A stretch of DNA of 64,000 bases from a bacterium (GCA_963643345.1 CAVIJK010000003.1:484-64483); one strand, 5' to 3'; counted from the first letter of the stretch, positions 37,203-51,897 are shown. The notes: a model not told the origin generated them from the letters alone. Made by a program: numbers and translations.

Positions 37203-38099
37203 CTAGCAAGACTGCTTTTTTGAAAGTAGTGTGATCAGCGATGATAGCGCAGCTGCATCGAAGAATACGGTTGTTAAAGATATGACCACATCGGACTCGA
37301 AGTATCTTGCAAATGCCACAAACAAAAAGAATGAAACAAGAAATAGCACAACTAGGATTATATAATAGTAAAATTTCACTTTTCTAAGTAGCGTTACTAC
37401 CGAGAAAAATGCGAAGAATGATGACAAAGAGAAAAATAAATATGTTAAGGCTACATTTTTGAACGCAAAGACAATTGAAAAAACCGAAAAAAGAATAGTT
37501 ACAATCGGGTATAGATACTTTTCGATGCCATACGTTTTTGTTTTAAATTCCAATTTCTCGTGGATGAAAGTCATAACTAAATGATTAATAGATATTGCTG
37601 CCCAAGAATATGCAAAAAGTATCGATGGTACTAGTGCCTTTGCAAGGTTTGAATTTTCTTTGCCAAACGTTGCTAACATTGTTGGAACCATATCGACATC
37701 ATATATGAGTTTAACAAGTGGAATCATCAAATAGGTTGACCCTAGTGTCCATAATGAACAGATGAATATCGTTAACGGAACCGGTGTCTTGAATTTAGTT
37801 AATGCGCCATAAATCAATCCAGATGCAATGGACGGCAGCACATAAAAGAGCGTAGTTGAAATATCGTAGCAGGTCGCAATCAACGGAACGCCTAAAGCTG
37901 CAAAGATATAAACAGGAATCCATTTTGCTCTGATGACGTATATCCCTAAGGCGTTAATGCACGGAAGTATAAGCAACGCCATGAATGAGCTTAGTGGCAA
38001 AAAAGATAACAATACCGAAAAGGCACCATTGATTGCGCCCATCATTGCGATGAAAGCAATATTTTGCAAAGGTGTATCCCTTCTCCAAGTCTTATTCAT
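37203..38099 (-). CDS. Polytopic membrane protein, unknown function (298 aa)
   Basis: Start moved to the ATG at 38099 (MNKTWRRD..). The track's TTG start at 38315 would overlap pcrA. Confidence 0.6.
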   Translation of the reverse strand: MNKTWRRDTPLQNIAFIAMMGAINGAFSVLLSFLPLSSFMALLILPCINALGIYVIRAKWIPVYIFAALGVPLIATCYDISTTLFYVLPSIASGLIYGALTKFKTPVPLTIFICSLWTLGSTYLMIPLVKLIYDVDMVPTMLATFGKENSNLAKALVPSILFAYSWAAISINHLVMTFIHEKLEFKTKTYGIEKYLYPIVTILFSVFSIVFAFKNVALTYLFFSLSSFFAFFSVVTLLRKVKFYYYIILVVLFLVSFFLFVAFARYFESDVVISLTTVFFDAAALSSLITLLSKKQSC

Positions 38100-38220
38100 A
38101 GCTATGATTATCTTAGTTTCTTTATCTAAAAGGAAAAAGAATTCGCAAAAATGCAAATATTGATATGTCAAGTCTAGAAGGTAAATGAATATAAGGGTAA
38201 ACTTAACCAAGTTAAGAATT

Positions 38221-42530
<4,310 letters not shown>

Positions 42531-42694
42531 CTAGTTTTGTAGTTGTTAAATTATTTGCGGATTTTGCTGCATTTAGAATTAATAACTAGATATTTTAGTT
42601 TTATTTATATGTTAATCTTTAACTCCTATAAAAATAGTTTTAAACTATTTCTATAAATGATTCTTCGCAAGATTCGTTGTGGGAGGGAAGAAAT

Positions 42695-43450
42695 ATGATA
42701 GATGATGCGATTGTTGAGTTGATGGATTGGCTTCACAAAGTCGATGAGTTCGATCTCCCGACTTATAAGGAATTGCCTTCCGTTCCGCTTTATATGGAAC
42801 AGGTTATTACATACGTTAATGGTGTTCTCGCTCCTTTAAGCGATAAGGAGAGGAATATTTTGACTTCGTTTATGGTCAATAACTATGTTAAAGCTAAGAT
42901 TATTAACGAACCAGTAAATAAAAAATACACAAAGGATCAACTCGGATACTTAATTGCTATAAGCATTTTGAAACAGACTTTATCCATATCTGAAACATCA
43001 TTACTTATCGAACTTGATGGAGATTTGTCTCAAACTAGACCGGTCTTATATGAATTCTTTAGATTGATGGTTCACGATATCGTAAAAGACGAGACCAAGA
43101 GAATGGTTGACCGTGCCGAAAAATACACAAAAGAATACTACAAGGAAAGAGAAGAGGGCAGCGATGAGAATGCTGAGAAACATTTGCGTGACAATCTTGG
43201 CTTAATCGCTTTAAGATTATCTATTAAAGCTGCGGTGGAAAAATCCATTGCCGAAGCTCTCTTAAGGACTGCCGGAGCCTCCTTACATGGCGATGATATA
43301 TATACTGAGGTTAGCTCTCCGACAACCAGGCAGAAACACAGAATTAAAAGAAATTCCGAAGACGATGCCGAAAAAATTGCCAAAAGAAAAAAGAAAACGG
43401 TTGAAAAGCAAAACGAATCGGAACTTGATGTTGGAAAGGATGTAAAGTAA
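42695..43450 (+). CDS. DUF1836-like protein with long charged C-terminal tail
   Basis: LPSVPLYMEQV..LTSFMVNNYVKAKII..KKYTKDQLGYLIAISILKQ resembles DUF1836. ATG at 42695 follows GGGAGGG. Confidence 0.6.
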   Translation: MIDDAIVELMDWLHKVDEFDLPTYKELPSVPLYMEQVITYVNGVLAPLSDKERNILTSFMVNNYVKAKIINEPVNKKYTKDQLGYLIAISILKQTLSISETSLLIELDGDLSQTRPVLYEFFRLMVHDIVKDETKRMVDRAEKYTKEYYKEREEGSDENAEKHLRDNLGLIALRLSIKAAVEKSIAEALLRTAGASLHGDDIYTEVSSPTTRQKHRIKRNSEDDAEKIAKRKKKTVEKQNESELDVGKDVK

Positions 43451-44467
43451 ATGTCTAATATTTTAGTAACTGGCGGGCTCGGCTTTATTGGGTCAGAAAC
43501 GGTTGTCGCTTTGCTTAATGCCGGATATACGCCAATCATCGTTGATGATTTATCCAACTCGAAAATAGCAGTTTTAGATAGAATAGAAACCATTACCGGG
43601 AAGAGACCTGTGTTCTATAAAGTGAATTGCGCAGATGTTGAAGAAATGGATAAAGTGTTTGAATCAAATCATATTGATGGAATTATCCACTTCGCGGCAT
43701 TCAAAGCCGTTGGTGAATCGGTTCAAAAACCAATCGAGTATTATTCAAACAACCTTAAGAGTTCTCTAACGATGCTCGAACTCATGAAGAAATACGACGT
43801 CCGTAACTTCATTTTCTCAAGCTCGGCTACAGTTTACGGATGTGCTAAGAACATGCCGCTATACGAGACGAATCAAACTGGTGGAGCGACAAATCCTTAT
43901 GGTGAAACAAAGGTAATGAACGAGAGAATTCTTCAAGATGTTGCTAAAGCGAATCCTCAATTCAATATCGCCATTTTGCGTTACTTTAACCCAATTGGAG
44001 CCCATCCATCGGGATTATTGGGTGAAGATCCAAACGGCATTCCAAACAACCTAATGCCGTATATTTCTCAGGTATCAATCGGCAGACTTCCATGCTTAAG
44101 CATATTTGGCGATGATTATCCAACTCCAGATGGAACGGGAATTAGGGATTACATCCATGTTGTTGATTTAGCAGAAGGCCATGTTGCCGCTATGAGAAAA
44201 TTGGAAACAAACTCAGGACTTGTAATTTATAACCTTGGAACAGGCAAAGGAACCTCAGTTAAGGAACTTGTTAAAGCCTACGAGGAAGCCAATGGTGTCA
44301 AAATCCCTTGCGTGATCAAACCTCGCAGAGCTGGTGATGTCGCTGAGAATTATGCCAACTGTGATAAAGCCTTTAGAGAGCTTGGGTGGAAAGCGAGATT
44401 CAATATTGTTGACGCTTGTAGGGATACCTATAATTTCCAGAAAAAGAACCCAAAAGGCATAGAATAA
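43451..44467 (+). CDS. galE: UDP-glucose 4-epimerase
   Basis: VTGGLGFIGS Rossmann motif and SSSATVYG...YGETK catalytic motif. Confidence 0.9.
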   Translation: MSNILVTGGLGFIGSETVVALLNAGYTPIIVDDLSNSKIAVLDRIETITGKRPVFYKVNCADVEEMDKVFESNHIDGIIHFAAFKAVGESVQKPIEYYSNNLKSSLTMLELMKKYDVRNFIFSSSATVYGCAKNMPLYETNQTGGATNPYGETKVMNERILQDVAKANPQFNIAILRYFNPIGAHPSGLLGEDPNGIPNNLMPYISQVSIGRLPCLSIFGDDYPTPDGTGIRDYIHVVDLAEGHVAAMRKLETNSGLVIYNLGTGKGTSVKELVKAYEEANGVKIPCVIKPRRAGDVAENYANCDKAFRELGWKARFNIVDACRDTYNFQKKNPKGIE

Positions 44468-44485
44468 AAATCCGTATCAAAAAAA

Positions 44486-44704
44486 TCATTTAAGCTTCTT
44501 CGTGTGAAGAGGCTTTTCTTTTCTTCCGAGTGTTTTGGATTTCGTTATTTCAAAGGGAATTTTGCCGTCCTTTATACATTGCTTGAGAAAAATATTAATG
44601 GCTCCAGACATTGACATACCAAAATCGTCAAACAATTCTTCTGCCTCTTTTTTGATATCTGAATCAACTCTAACCGTAATTACTTCTTTATCCATAACAA
44701 TCAC
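44486..44704 (-). CDS. RelB/DinJ-family type II antitoxin, solitary
   Basis: ITVRVDSDIKKEAEELFDDFGMSMSGAINIFLKQCIKDGKIPFEI is the typical DinJ ribbon-helix-helix pattern. No toxin ORF on either side. Confidence 0.7.
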   Translation of the reverse strand: MIVMDKEVITVRVDSDIKKEAEELFDDFGMSMSGAINIFLKQCIKDGKIPFEITKSKTLGRKEKPLHTKKLK

Positions 44705-44843
44705 CTATGCGAGCAAAATGATTGTAATAAGATAGCAAAGTGGCAGGCAAAAGTATAGTAAAACGCTTTTACTTTTTATTTTGCTTAACTAATTCAAATG
44801 GCAAACGGTTGGTGTATAATATAAAAAAAGAGGTTATATAAAT

Positions 44844-45743
44844 ATGGATAATTTTTCTGTAACGCTTCCAAACGGGAAGGTGTGGTATGGAAGATCTTTT
44901 CCAACCGAAGGAGCCAAACAAAATCTTTTGATTTTAACCGGCATGTGCGAATATGCTGCGAGATATGAGCCCTTTGCTTCATTTTTAAATCAACACGGTT
45001 TTAACGTCTGCGTTCTTGATGCGATGGGGCAGGGTTTGAATTCCAAATCGGTCGATGTTCAACAAAGAGTTAGTGAGGGCGATTTCGAAGACAATATTGT
45101 TGCGGCCCACCTCAAACTTGAAGAGATGAAGAAAAACGGTCTTCCTACATCCATCATGGGCCACTCTATGGGCAGCTTCATGACTCAATATTTCTTGGAA
45201 TGCTATCCTGGGGCATGTAATAAAGTTATATTATGCGGTTCTAATGGCGGGCAAGCCGGATTAATGAGAATGGCTAAGTTTCTAGTTAATCTTCATGTCA
45301 GAAAAGGAAATTGGGACAAACCTTCTAAGTTTTTTACAAACTTGGGTTTGGGCGCGTATGTAAAAGCCATTAAAGACAGAAAGACCGATAACGATTGGCT
45401 TTCATATGACGAAGACAATGTGGCTGCCTATGCTGATGATCCGTATTGCGGTGTGACTAACACAAATGGTTTTTGGAAAGAGTTTCTTAATGGCATGGCA
45501 AAGATATGGACTAAGAAGTACACATCTAAGGTTAGCAAGGATGAGAGGATTCTAATGATATCCGGCCAAGAAGACCCGGTTGGCCAAAATGGCAAGGGTT
45601 TAATCGCGCTTAAAAAGCAGTACGAGAATATCGGTGTCAAAGAGGCAACATTAATACTTTATCCGCATATGAGACACGAAATCCTGAATGAAACCGATAA
45701 GGCGACTGTTTGGAAAGACGTTTTAGATTTCTTAGAAAAATGA
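44844..45743 (+). CDS. Alpha/beta hydrolase (lysophospholipase/monoglyceride lipase-like)
   Basis: GHSMGS nucleophile elbow, with Asp/His near the C-terminus. Confidence 0.75.
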   Translation: MDNFSVTLPNGKVWYGRSFPTEGAKQNLLILTGMCEYAARYEPFASFLNQHGFNVCVLDAMGQGLNSKSVDVQQRVSEGDFEDNIVAAHLKLEEMKKNGLPTSIMGHSMGSFMTQYFLECYPGACNKVILCGSNGGQAGLMRMAKFLVNLHVRKGNWDKPSKFFTNLGLGAYVKAIKDRKTDNDWLSYDEDNVAAYADDPYCGVTNTNGFWKEFLNGMAKIWTKKYTSKVSKDERILMISGQEDPVGQNGKGLIALKKQYENIGVKEATLILYPHMRHEILNETDKATVWKDVLDFLEK

Positions 45744-45837
45744 TATTCAATCCGCTTAATTGCGGATTTTAATTTGTCTCAAAATAAATATGGCACAAAA
45801 AAATGCAAATAATGTGCCATGACGGTATAATTAGGTT

Positions 45838-46758
45838 ATGAAGGTCAATATTAAAGACTATAAAAGCCTGTGTGAAATAGGGCTAGATAACAACGCTCTT
45901 TCTATTGAATGTGACTATAGACGGGAAAATTCATCCTTTAAGGATGAAAGACACTTCTTTAAAAATGCCGAAAACATACGCTTAATCTGTTCTGATATTG
46001 AATCTAAGAAAGCTGAATCAGACGCTCTTCTTGATCAATTATCAAGCCTAAATAAGACACATATTTTTCAAAAAAGAGGCCTCTCTCTTATCAAATCTCT
46101 ACGAAACGCATCCAAGAAGCGAATCTTTTTGGATGATAAACAATTCCTGGCCTTACTATCACCAAACTTTTCAGTTGAATTTAACGATGGTACATCATTC
46201 AAAACATTTGAAACGCTTTTGTATGGAGAATCGGATATTAATTTGGATGCAATTGGCGATCTTTCCGCTTACCTCGGTTCTTTAAGCAAAACTGAATTGC
46301 CTTATTTGGTCAAGCTGCCAATTGCAGTGGCCGGCTTAATCGAGGCAAATATCGATTTGACAACTGTTGCCATATTCACCATCCTTTATCTAAATAGGGG
46401 CTATTCAATCTTGGGAAATGAACCCCTGTTTTCTTTTATTAAGGGTAAGTCGTTCAAAACCGTTATGTCGAAATTCCATTCGAAGAAAAATATGGGCGAT
46501 TTAATGATTGTTGTTAGGGAGTTTTTAAAAGAACTAAATAAAATTTATTTAGATTGTTGCTTATCTTTAAGGAGAAAATGTGGTTTGCTAAAGTCCTATA
46601 ATAGGCTCACCAATAACCTCGAATTTGACAACGCCTATCTGTCGATTCTTATTTTCATGGAGAACAAGCCTTCAGCACATGATATTTTGGATGTTACAAC
46701 AATCCCGAGGCGGACCGTCTATAGATTGATAAATTCTGTTAAATCATCAATTGAGTAG
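45838..46758 (+). CDS. Hypothetical protein with probable C-terminal helix-turn-helix (306 aa)
   Basis: ORF with no recognised family. The C-terminus HDILDVTTIPRRTVYRLINSV looks like an HTH. Confidence 0.5.
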   Translation: MKVNIKDYKSLCEIGLDNNALSIECDYRRENSSFKDERHFFKNAENIRLICSDIESKKAESDALLDQLSSLNKTHIFQKRGLSLIKSLRNASKKRIFLDDKQFLALLSPNFSVEFNDGTSFKTFETLLYGESDINLDAIGDLSAYLGSLSKTELPYLVKLPIAVAGLIEANIDLTTVAIFTILYLNRGYSILGNEPLFSFIKGKSFKTVMSKFHSKKNMGDLMIVVREFLKELNKIYLDCCLSLRRKCGLLKSYNRLTNNLEFDNAYLSILIFMENKPSAHDILDVTTIPRRTVYRLINSVKSSIE

Positions 46759-46802
46759 GCTAAAGCCTATTTTGTTGGTATAATCTTGCTCCGAGGTAAA
46801 AA

Positions 46803-47270
46803 ATGAGCAGAAAGAAAGACAGTTCAACACTACTTGAGAATAGACGTGCTCACTTTGAGTATTTTCTTTCTGATTTCATGACTGCCGGTCTGGTTTTAAC
46901 CGGGACCGAGATTAAATCGTTGCGTGCGAAGAACGCCGGTATCAATGATGCCTATATTTTTGTTAAAAATGGAGAGGCTTGGATTGCCAACATGCACATT
47001 GCCTCATATAAAGAAGGCAACATATTTAATGTTGACCATCTTAGAGACAGAAAACTTCTTTTATCCAAGCAAGAGATCAAGAAATTGGAAGGAAAATTAA
47101 CGGCAACAGGAAATACATGCGTTCCTACAAAAGTGTTTCTTTCACATGGATTCGCTAAGATCGAAATTGCTGTTGCAAAAGGTAAAAAGCTCCACGATAA
47201 GAGGAATTCAATCAAAGAGAACGATTTAAAAAGAAAAGTTGATGCTGCCATGAAAGGACAATACGAATGA
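46803..47270 (+). CDS. smpB: SsrA-binding protein SmpB
   Basis: NRRAHFEY...GTEIKSLR...RDRKLLL signature. Confidence 0.94.
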   Translation: MSRKKDSSTLLENRRAHFEYFLSDFMTAGLVLTGTEIKSLRAKNAGINDAYIFVKNGEAWIANMHIASYKEGNIFNVDHLRDRKLLLSKQEIKKLEGKLTATGNTCVPTKVFLSHGFAKIEIAVAKGKKLHDKRNSIKENDLKRKVDAAMKGQYE

Positions 47271-48502
47271 ACTATCAAGAGACGTTAGAATTCTTAAAGG
47301 TCCGCGACATGACCATGACTAGATATGAGCGTGATGGCTGGGATAAGTTTGTTAAGAAAATCGGTCTTAAAATCAATTTCCCTTTTATTCATATTACAGG
47401 TAGCAATGGTAAGGGTTCTACCGGTAAATATATCTACGAAATGTATAGAGCTCAAGGTTATAAAGCAGCCATGTTTGGTAAACCTTATTTTTATCGTATG
47501 AACGAGCTTGTAGCTTATGATGGAAATGAGATTCCTGATGATGCCATTTCTTCCATCGTTACCAAGTATCAAAAAGAAATAGAAAAATATGATTTATCCC
47601 GTTTTGAGATTGAAGTCCTTATTTCCTTTGAATGGTTAAATTCTTGTAACCCTGATATTGCGATTATCGAATGCGGTATGGGCGGTTCTACAGACGCAAC
47701 AAACCTTGATTCTAGTAAGCCTTTGTTGTCTGTCATCACCTCTATTAGCCTTGAGCATACTGCCTTCCTTGGATCAACGGTAACTGAGATTGCCATGTCC
47801 AAGTCTGGCATTATTAAAAACTACGGACGAGTATTGGTGGGTAAACTTCCTGTTGATGCCTTGACCACTATTCAAAATGACGCAAAAAAGAAATCCGTCG
47901 ATTTGTCTATAGTTGACGATTTTCATCATGAGACATTCGAGGGTGGCTATTTCCGTTTTGATTATGGCCCAAACCTTTATATGATTAACTCATGTGCCAA
48001 ATACATGATTAAGGACGCTGCTTTGGCTATAGCTGCCGTTAATATCCTTCAGGATGTGTTGCCTATCTCTATGCAATCCGTTAAACAGGGGCTTTTATGC
48101 AAGACTCTACCGGGAAGAATGGAGAAGATTGGCAACGTCATTATCGATGGTGCTCATTGTCCTGAAGCTGTTGATAATCTTATGGAATCAGTGGCATTCT
48201 TGAGAAATAGACAAAACGTTCATGTGTTATTTGCTTCATTTAGAGACAAAAACATCGCAATCGAATTGCCTAGAATCGATAAAGATTGTGCTGATTTAAC
48301 TCTTACAACATTTGAATCTTCAAGAGCTAGGGATGAGATGGATTATTTCCTTTATCTTGCGGATTTCAGATATGAACAAGATTACAGAAAAGCAATAGAC
48401 GATCTACGTTCTAAATATCCTGATGATTTGATTTTGGTTACCGGCTCTTTGGCGTTCGCGGGAATCGTCAGAAAATATTTATTAGAAGACAATCATGAAT
48501 AA
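47267..48502 (+). CDS. folC: Folylpolyglutamate synthase / dihydrofolate synthase
   Basis: HITGSNGKGST P-loop and Mur-ligase layout. Confidence 0.85.
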   Translation: MNYQETLEFLKVRDMTMTRYERDGWDKFVKKIGLKINFPFIHITGSNGKGSTGKYIYEMYRAQGYKAAMFGKPYFYRMNELVAYDGNEIPDDAISSIVTKYQKEIEKYDLSRFEIEVLISFEWLNSCNPDIAIIECGMGGSTDATNLDSSKPLLSVITSISLEHTAFLGSTVTEIAMSKSGIIKNYGRVLVGKLPVDALTTIQNDAKKKSVDLSIVDDFHHETFEGGYFRFDYGPNLYMINSCAKYMIKDAALAIAAVNILQDVLPISMQSVKQGLLCKTLPGRMEKIGNVIIDGAHCPEAVDNLMESVAFLRNRQNVHVLFASFRDKNIAIELPRIDKDCADLTLTTFESSRARDEMDYFLYLADFRYEQDYRKAIDDLRSKYPDDLILVTGSLAFAGIVRKYLLEDNHE

Positions 48503-49310
48503 AAAATTGTCGCAAGTTCAAAAGATAGTTTTAAGCGCGATGTTTTTGGCTTTGGCAATTGGTTTAACCTATTTTGCTAAATTGATTCAGCCAAACGGTG
48601 GTTATCTTCGTTTTTCTCTGACCCCAGCAATCATAATCTTTTCATCTTTAACGGTTGGTCCTTTTTACGGGTGTTTAATAGGCGCCGCATCAGATTTGTT
48701 ACCCGCCATCATCATTCCGCAAGGTCAAATCAATTTTTTGATTACAATTGTGTATGGTTTTCTCGGACTTGTACCTTTCTTTTTAATGAAATTGGTTAAT
48801 TTTTTTAATGATTTTGGGAAAAAACCTTATTTAACATGGGGATGCTTCGTGGTTGTGTTTCTTGGAATCGCTGCGATTCTCTTTAAAACCGATTGGGTGC
48901 AAAGGGGTTTCTATAAGGATGGTGTTTACAAACAATTCTTCGGTTCTAGTGAATTGGGAATACAAGCGTGTGCTTTGCTCGTTCTAGTTTTGTCATTTGG
49001 CGTTACGTGTTTTATGCTTGCGATTCTTGATAAAAATCTTAGGAAAAGGGGCAGTCAGCTCTCGGTTTATCAAATCTCGTTTGTCTGCGTTGTGTCCGAA
49101 CTTTTATTTATGGTTCTTGGCAAATCGCTTTCATTTTATTTTTTCTATGGGTTTATAAGCGAAGGCTCTACTGGAACATTTTTCTTTTGGGGCCCATTCG
49201 CTATTTCAACAATCGCTTTCCCGGTGAATGTATTGCTCGAAATAATTGTTAACTGCAATCTTTTGCCGTTGGCCTTTAAACTTATTAAACCTAGGGGTGA
49301 ACACGCATGA
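48495..49310 (+). CDS. Polytopic membrane protein, possibly folate-type ECF S-component
   Basis: Overlaps the folC stop. N-terminus ..IVLSAMFLALAIGLTYF...GPFYGCLIGAASDLL resembles ECF S-components. The assignment rests mainly on context. Confidence 0.5.
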   Translation: MNKKLSQVQKIVLSAMFLALAIGLTYFAKLIQPNGGYLRFSLTPAIIIFSSLTVGPFYGCLIGAASDLLPAIIIPQGQINFLITIVYGFLGLVPFFLMKLVNFFNDFGKKPYLTWGCFVVVFLGIAAILFKTDWVQRGFYKDGVYKQFFGSSELGIQACALLVLVLSFGVTCFMLAILDKNLRKRGSQLSVYQISFVCVVSELLFMVLGKSLSFYFFYGFISEGSTGTFFFWGPFAISTIAFPVNVLLEIIVNCNLLPLAFKLIKPRGEHA

Positions 49311-49453
49311 ACGAAGAGTCTGAGCTAGAAGAAGTTTTAACTGAAGAGGAAAAGAAATCCAAAAAGAAATCCATTATTATTTGGTCTATTTTCTTTGGGG
49401 TTATTATTTTGTTGATGGTTGCTTGCATCGTTGTGATAAAGGTGCTTGATTAG
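49307..49453 (+). CDS. Small 48-aa single-TM protein (below the track cutoff)
   Basis: ATGA overlap with the upstream stop. MNEESELEEVLTEEEKKSKKKSIIIWSIFFGVIILLMVACIVVIKVLD. Confidence 0.35.
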   Translation: MNEESELEEVLTEEEKKSKKKSIIIWSIFFGVIILLMVACIVVIKVLD

Positions 49454-49553
49454 GTAATAATCTTTTTTCGGGGGATTGGCATTAAAACCAGTCTTCTTTT
49501 TAGTGTTTTATTGTTATTAATAAATTACAATAATCAAGCCGCGGAGGTTTCGT

Positions 49554-50033
49554 ATGGTTTTGCACAGAAAAGATTACATTGGTTGGGATGAGTATTTCAT
49601 GGGAATTGCTCAATTGAGCGCTTTAAGGAGCAAAGACCCTTCTACGCAAGTTGGCGCCTGCATTGTTGATGACGACAATAAGGTTGTCTCTATTGGATAC
49701 AACGGCATGCCACGCGGCGTCGACGATGAAACAATACCATGGGGCAAGGGTGAGGGTCTCGATTCCAAATATCTTTACGTTTGTCATGCTGAATTCAATG
49801 CGATCCTAAACACCAGAGACGGAGCTCATCTAAAAGGATGCAGATTGTATGTGACTTTGTTCCCTTGTAACGAATGTGCAAAAGCGGTTATTCAATCAGG
49901 CATCAAAGAAATCATTTATCTTGATGATAAGTATGCCGGGCAAACAATTTTCTTGGCATCTCGAAAGATGCTTGAAATGGCCGGAGTTAAAGTGACTCAA
50001 TATAAAGGCCCAACGGTGGACATCGTTTTATAA
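49554..50033 (+). CDS. comEB: dCMP deaminase (ComEB-type)
   Basis: HAEFNAI and PCNECAK zinc motifs. Confidence 0.88.
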   Translation: MVLHRKDYIGWDEYFMGIAQLSALRSKDPSTQVGACIVDDDNKVVSIGYNGMPRGVDDETIPWGKGEGLDSKYLYVCHAEFNAILNTRDGAHLKGCRLYVTLFPCNECAKAVIQSGIKEIIYLDDKYAGQTIFLASRKMLEMAGVKVTQYKGPTVDIVL

Positions 50034-50234
50034 ATGAAAAAGAATTTCCTTTATCGTCTGCTTGTGCTCGCTCTTTCCTATGTTTTAGTCGGCGCGATAC
50101 TATTTGCATCACTTGCTAAGGCCTCGCTTCCTGTTTGGGCCTTTTGGCTAATATTAGGAATTTATATCTTGTTGTTTGCGGCATCGGTGGTGGTGGTTGA
50201 AGTTCTACAGAATAAATCCAAAAAAACTAAATGA
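50034..50234 (+). CDS. Small 2-TM membrane protein (66 aa)
   Basis: Tightly packed between comEB and ecfA1, with hydrophobic helices. Confidence 0.45.
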   Translation: MKKNFLYRLLVLALSYVLVGAILFASLAKASLPVWAFWLILGIYILLFAASVVVVEVLQNKSKKTK

Positions 50235-51052
50235 ATAATATTATCGAGATAAAAAACCTAAACTTCTCGTATGAGAAAGAAACTCCTTTGATAAAAGGTG
50301 TATCTTTCGATGTTGCTGAAGGAAGTTACGTTTGCCTTATCGGTCATAATGGCTCAGGCAAATCAACTCTTGCTAAAATCATTTCTGGACTTTTGTCCGG
50401 ATGGGAAGGTTCTGTTAAGGTCTTCGGCTTGGATGTCAATAAGGACAATATCCGTGAAATTAGATCCAAATTAGGATTGGTTTTCCAAAACCCTGATAAT
50501 CAATTTGTCGGTTCAACAGTTCGTGATGATATCGCATTTGGTCTCGAGAACAGAAGAGTGCCGACCGAAGAAATGGACGAGATTATCAATAAATATGCAA
50601 AGGAAGCCGGCATGAGCCAATTCCTAGATTCCTCTCCTGAGAATCTTTCTGGTGGACAAAAACAAAGAGTTGCCATTGCCGGTATCCTGGCGATTAATCC
50701 GGACCTCATTATTTATGATGAAGCCACTTCAATGCTTGATCCTGCGGGCAAAAAAGATATTCTTGCACTCACATTGAAATTGAAAGAAGAGAATCCGAAA
50801 CTTACTGTATTTTCGATCACACACGATGTTGAAGAGGCTTGGAGAGCGGATAAGGTCATCGTTTTGAATCACGGAGAAGTGGTTCTTACCGGCACTCCTA
50901 ACGAAGTTTTCTCCCATTCTAAGGAACTAGAGGAAATTCATCTTGAAGCACCTTTTATCATTTCATTGATTAACGCTTTAAGGAAACAAGGAATCGAAGT
51001 GCCGGACTATATTAGAAGTGAAGAAGAATTGGAGGATTACTTATGTCGATAG
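50231..51052 (+). CDS. ecfA1: ECF transporter ATPase EcfA1
   Basis: GHNGSGKST, LSGGQKQRVAIA and IIYDEATSMLD motifs. Confidence 0.9.
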   Translation: MNNIIEIKNLNFSYEKETPLIKGVSFDVAEGSYVCLIGHNGSGKSTLAKIISGLLSGWEGSVKVFGLDVNKDNIREIRSKLGLVFQNPDNQFVGSTVRDDIAFGLENRRVPTEEMDEIINKYAKEAGMSQFLDSSPENLSGGQKQRVAIAGILAINPDLIIYDEATSMLDPAGKKDILALTLKLKEENPKLTVFSITHDVEEAWRADKVIVLNHGEVVLTGTPNEVFSHSKELEEIHLEAPFIISLINALRKQGIEVPDYIRSEEELEDYLCR

Positions 51053-51897
51053 TATTCTCCAATGTTTTCCATTGCTACAATCCAAAATCGCCTTATTCAT
51101 TCAACGCATTGAATGATATCAACCTCACATTGGAAGAAGGGAAATTTATTGCAATTGTAGGTAGAACCGGCTCTGGCAAGACCACTCTTGTCCAACATAT
51201 GAACGCTTTATTAAAACCTACCCAAGGAAAAGTTGAAGTTAACGGTTACGTTAATTCTGCCAACAAGAAAGAAAGAACTAAAAAGATTGGCGGCCTTAGA
51301 AAAGAAGTGGGGATGGTTTTCCAATTCCCGGAATATCAATTATTCGAAGAAACGGTTCTAAAAGACGTTTCGTTTGGCCCCAAGAATTTTGGTGCAACCC
51401 AAGAAGAGGCCGATAAAGCCGCAAAAGATGCCTTGACCAGAGTGGGACTCGATGAATCGTTTTATGAAAGGTCACCATTCCAATTGTCAGGCGGCGAAAA
51501 GAGAAAAGTTGCCATTGCCGGTATTTTGGCTATGAAACCAAAAATTCTCGTTGTTGATGAACCTACGGCCGGTCTTGACCCGCGCGCATCTAGAGATACA
51601 ATGGGTTTGTTCAAAGAAATCCTTGCAACGGGAACTACAATAATTCTTGTCAGCCATGATATGGATATAGTCGCCGAATATGCTGACGAAGTCGTTGTTA
51701 TGGAAAACGGGAAAGTCGCCAAACAATGCGCCCCGGAGGAATTATTTGGCGTATCATTAACCGAGTATTCCCTTGATAATCCTCACACCTATAAATTTGC
51801 GGAAGAACTTAGGAAAAAAGGTTTTAACATTCCCACGACTTCATTGAGGAATGTAGACGAACTTGCAAAAGCTATAAAGGAGAACATCCATGGCTAG
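51043..51897 (+). CDS. ecfA2: ECF transporter ATPase EcfA2
   Basis: GRTGSGKTT, LSGGEKRKVAIA and LVVDEPTAGLD motifs. Confidence 0.9.
   Translation: MSIVFSNVFHCYNPKSPYSFNALNDINLTLEEGKFIAIVGRTGSGKTTLVQHMNALLKPTQGKVEVNGYVNSANKKERTKKIGGLRKEVGMVFQFPEYQLFEETVLKDVSFGPKNFGATQEEADKAAKDALTRVGLDESFYERSPFQLSGGEKRKVAIAGILAMKPKILVVDEPTAGLDPRASRDTMGLFKEILATGTTIILVSHDMDIVAEYADEVVVMENGKVAKQCAPEELFGVSLTEYSLDNPHTYKFAEELRKKGFNIPTTSLRNVDELAKAIKENIHG

Noticed and set aside
43138-43593. 151-aa minus-strand ORF spanning the DUF1836/galE junction
   Set aside because: It is antisense to two well-supported plus-strand genes and has low-complexity S/F/L content.
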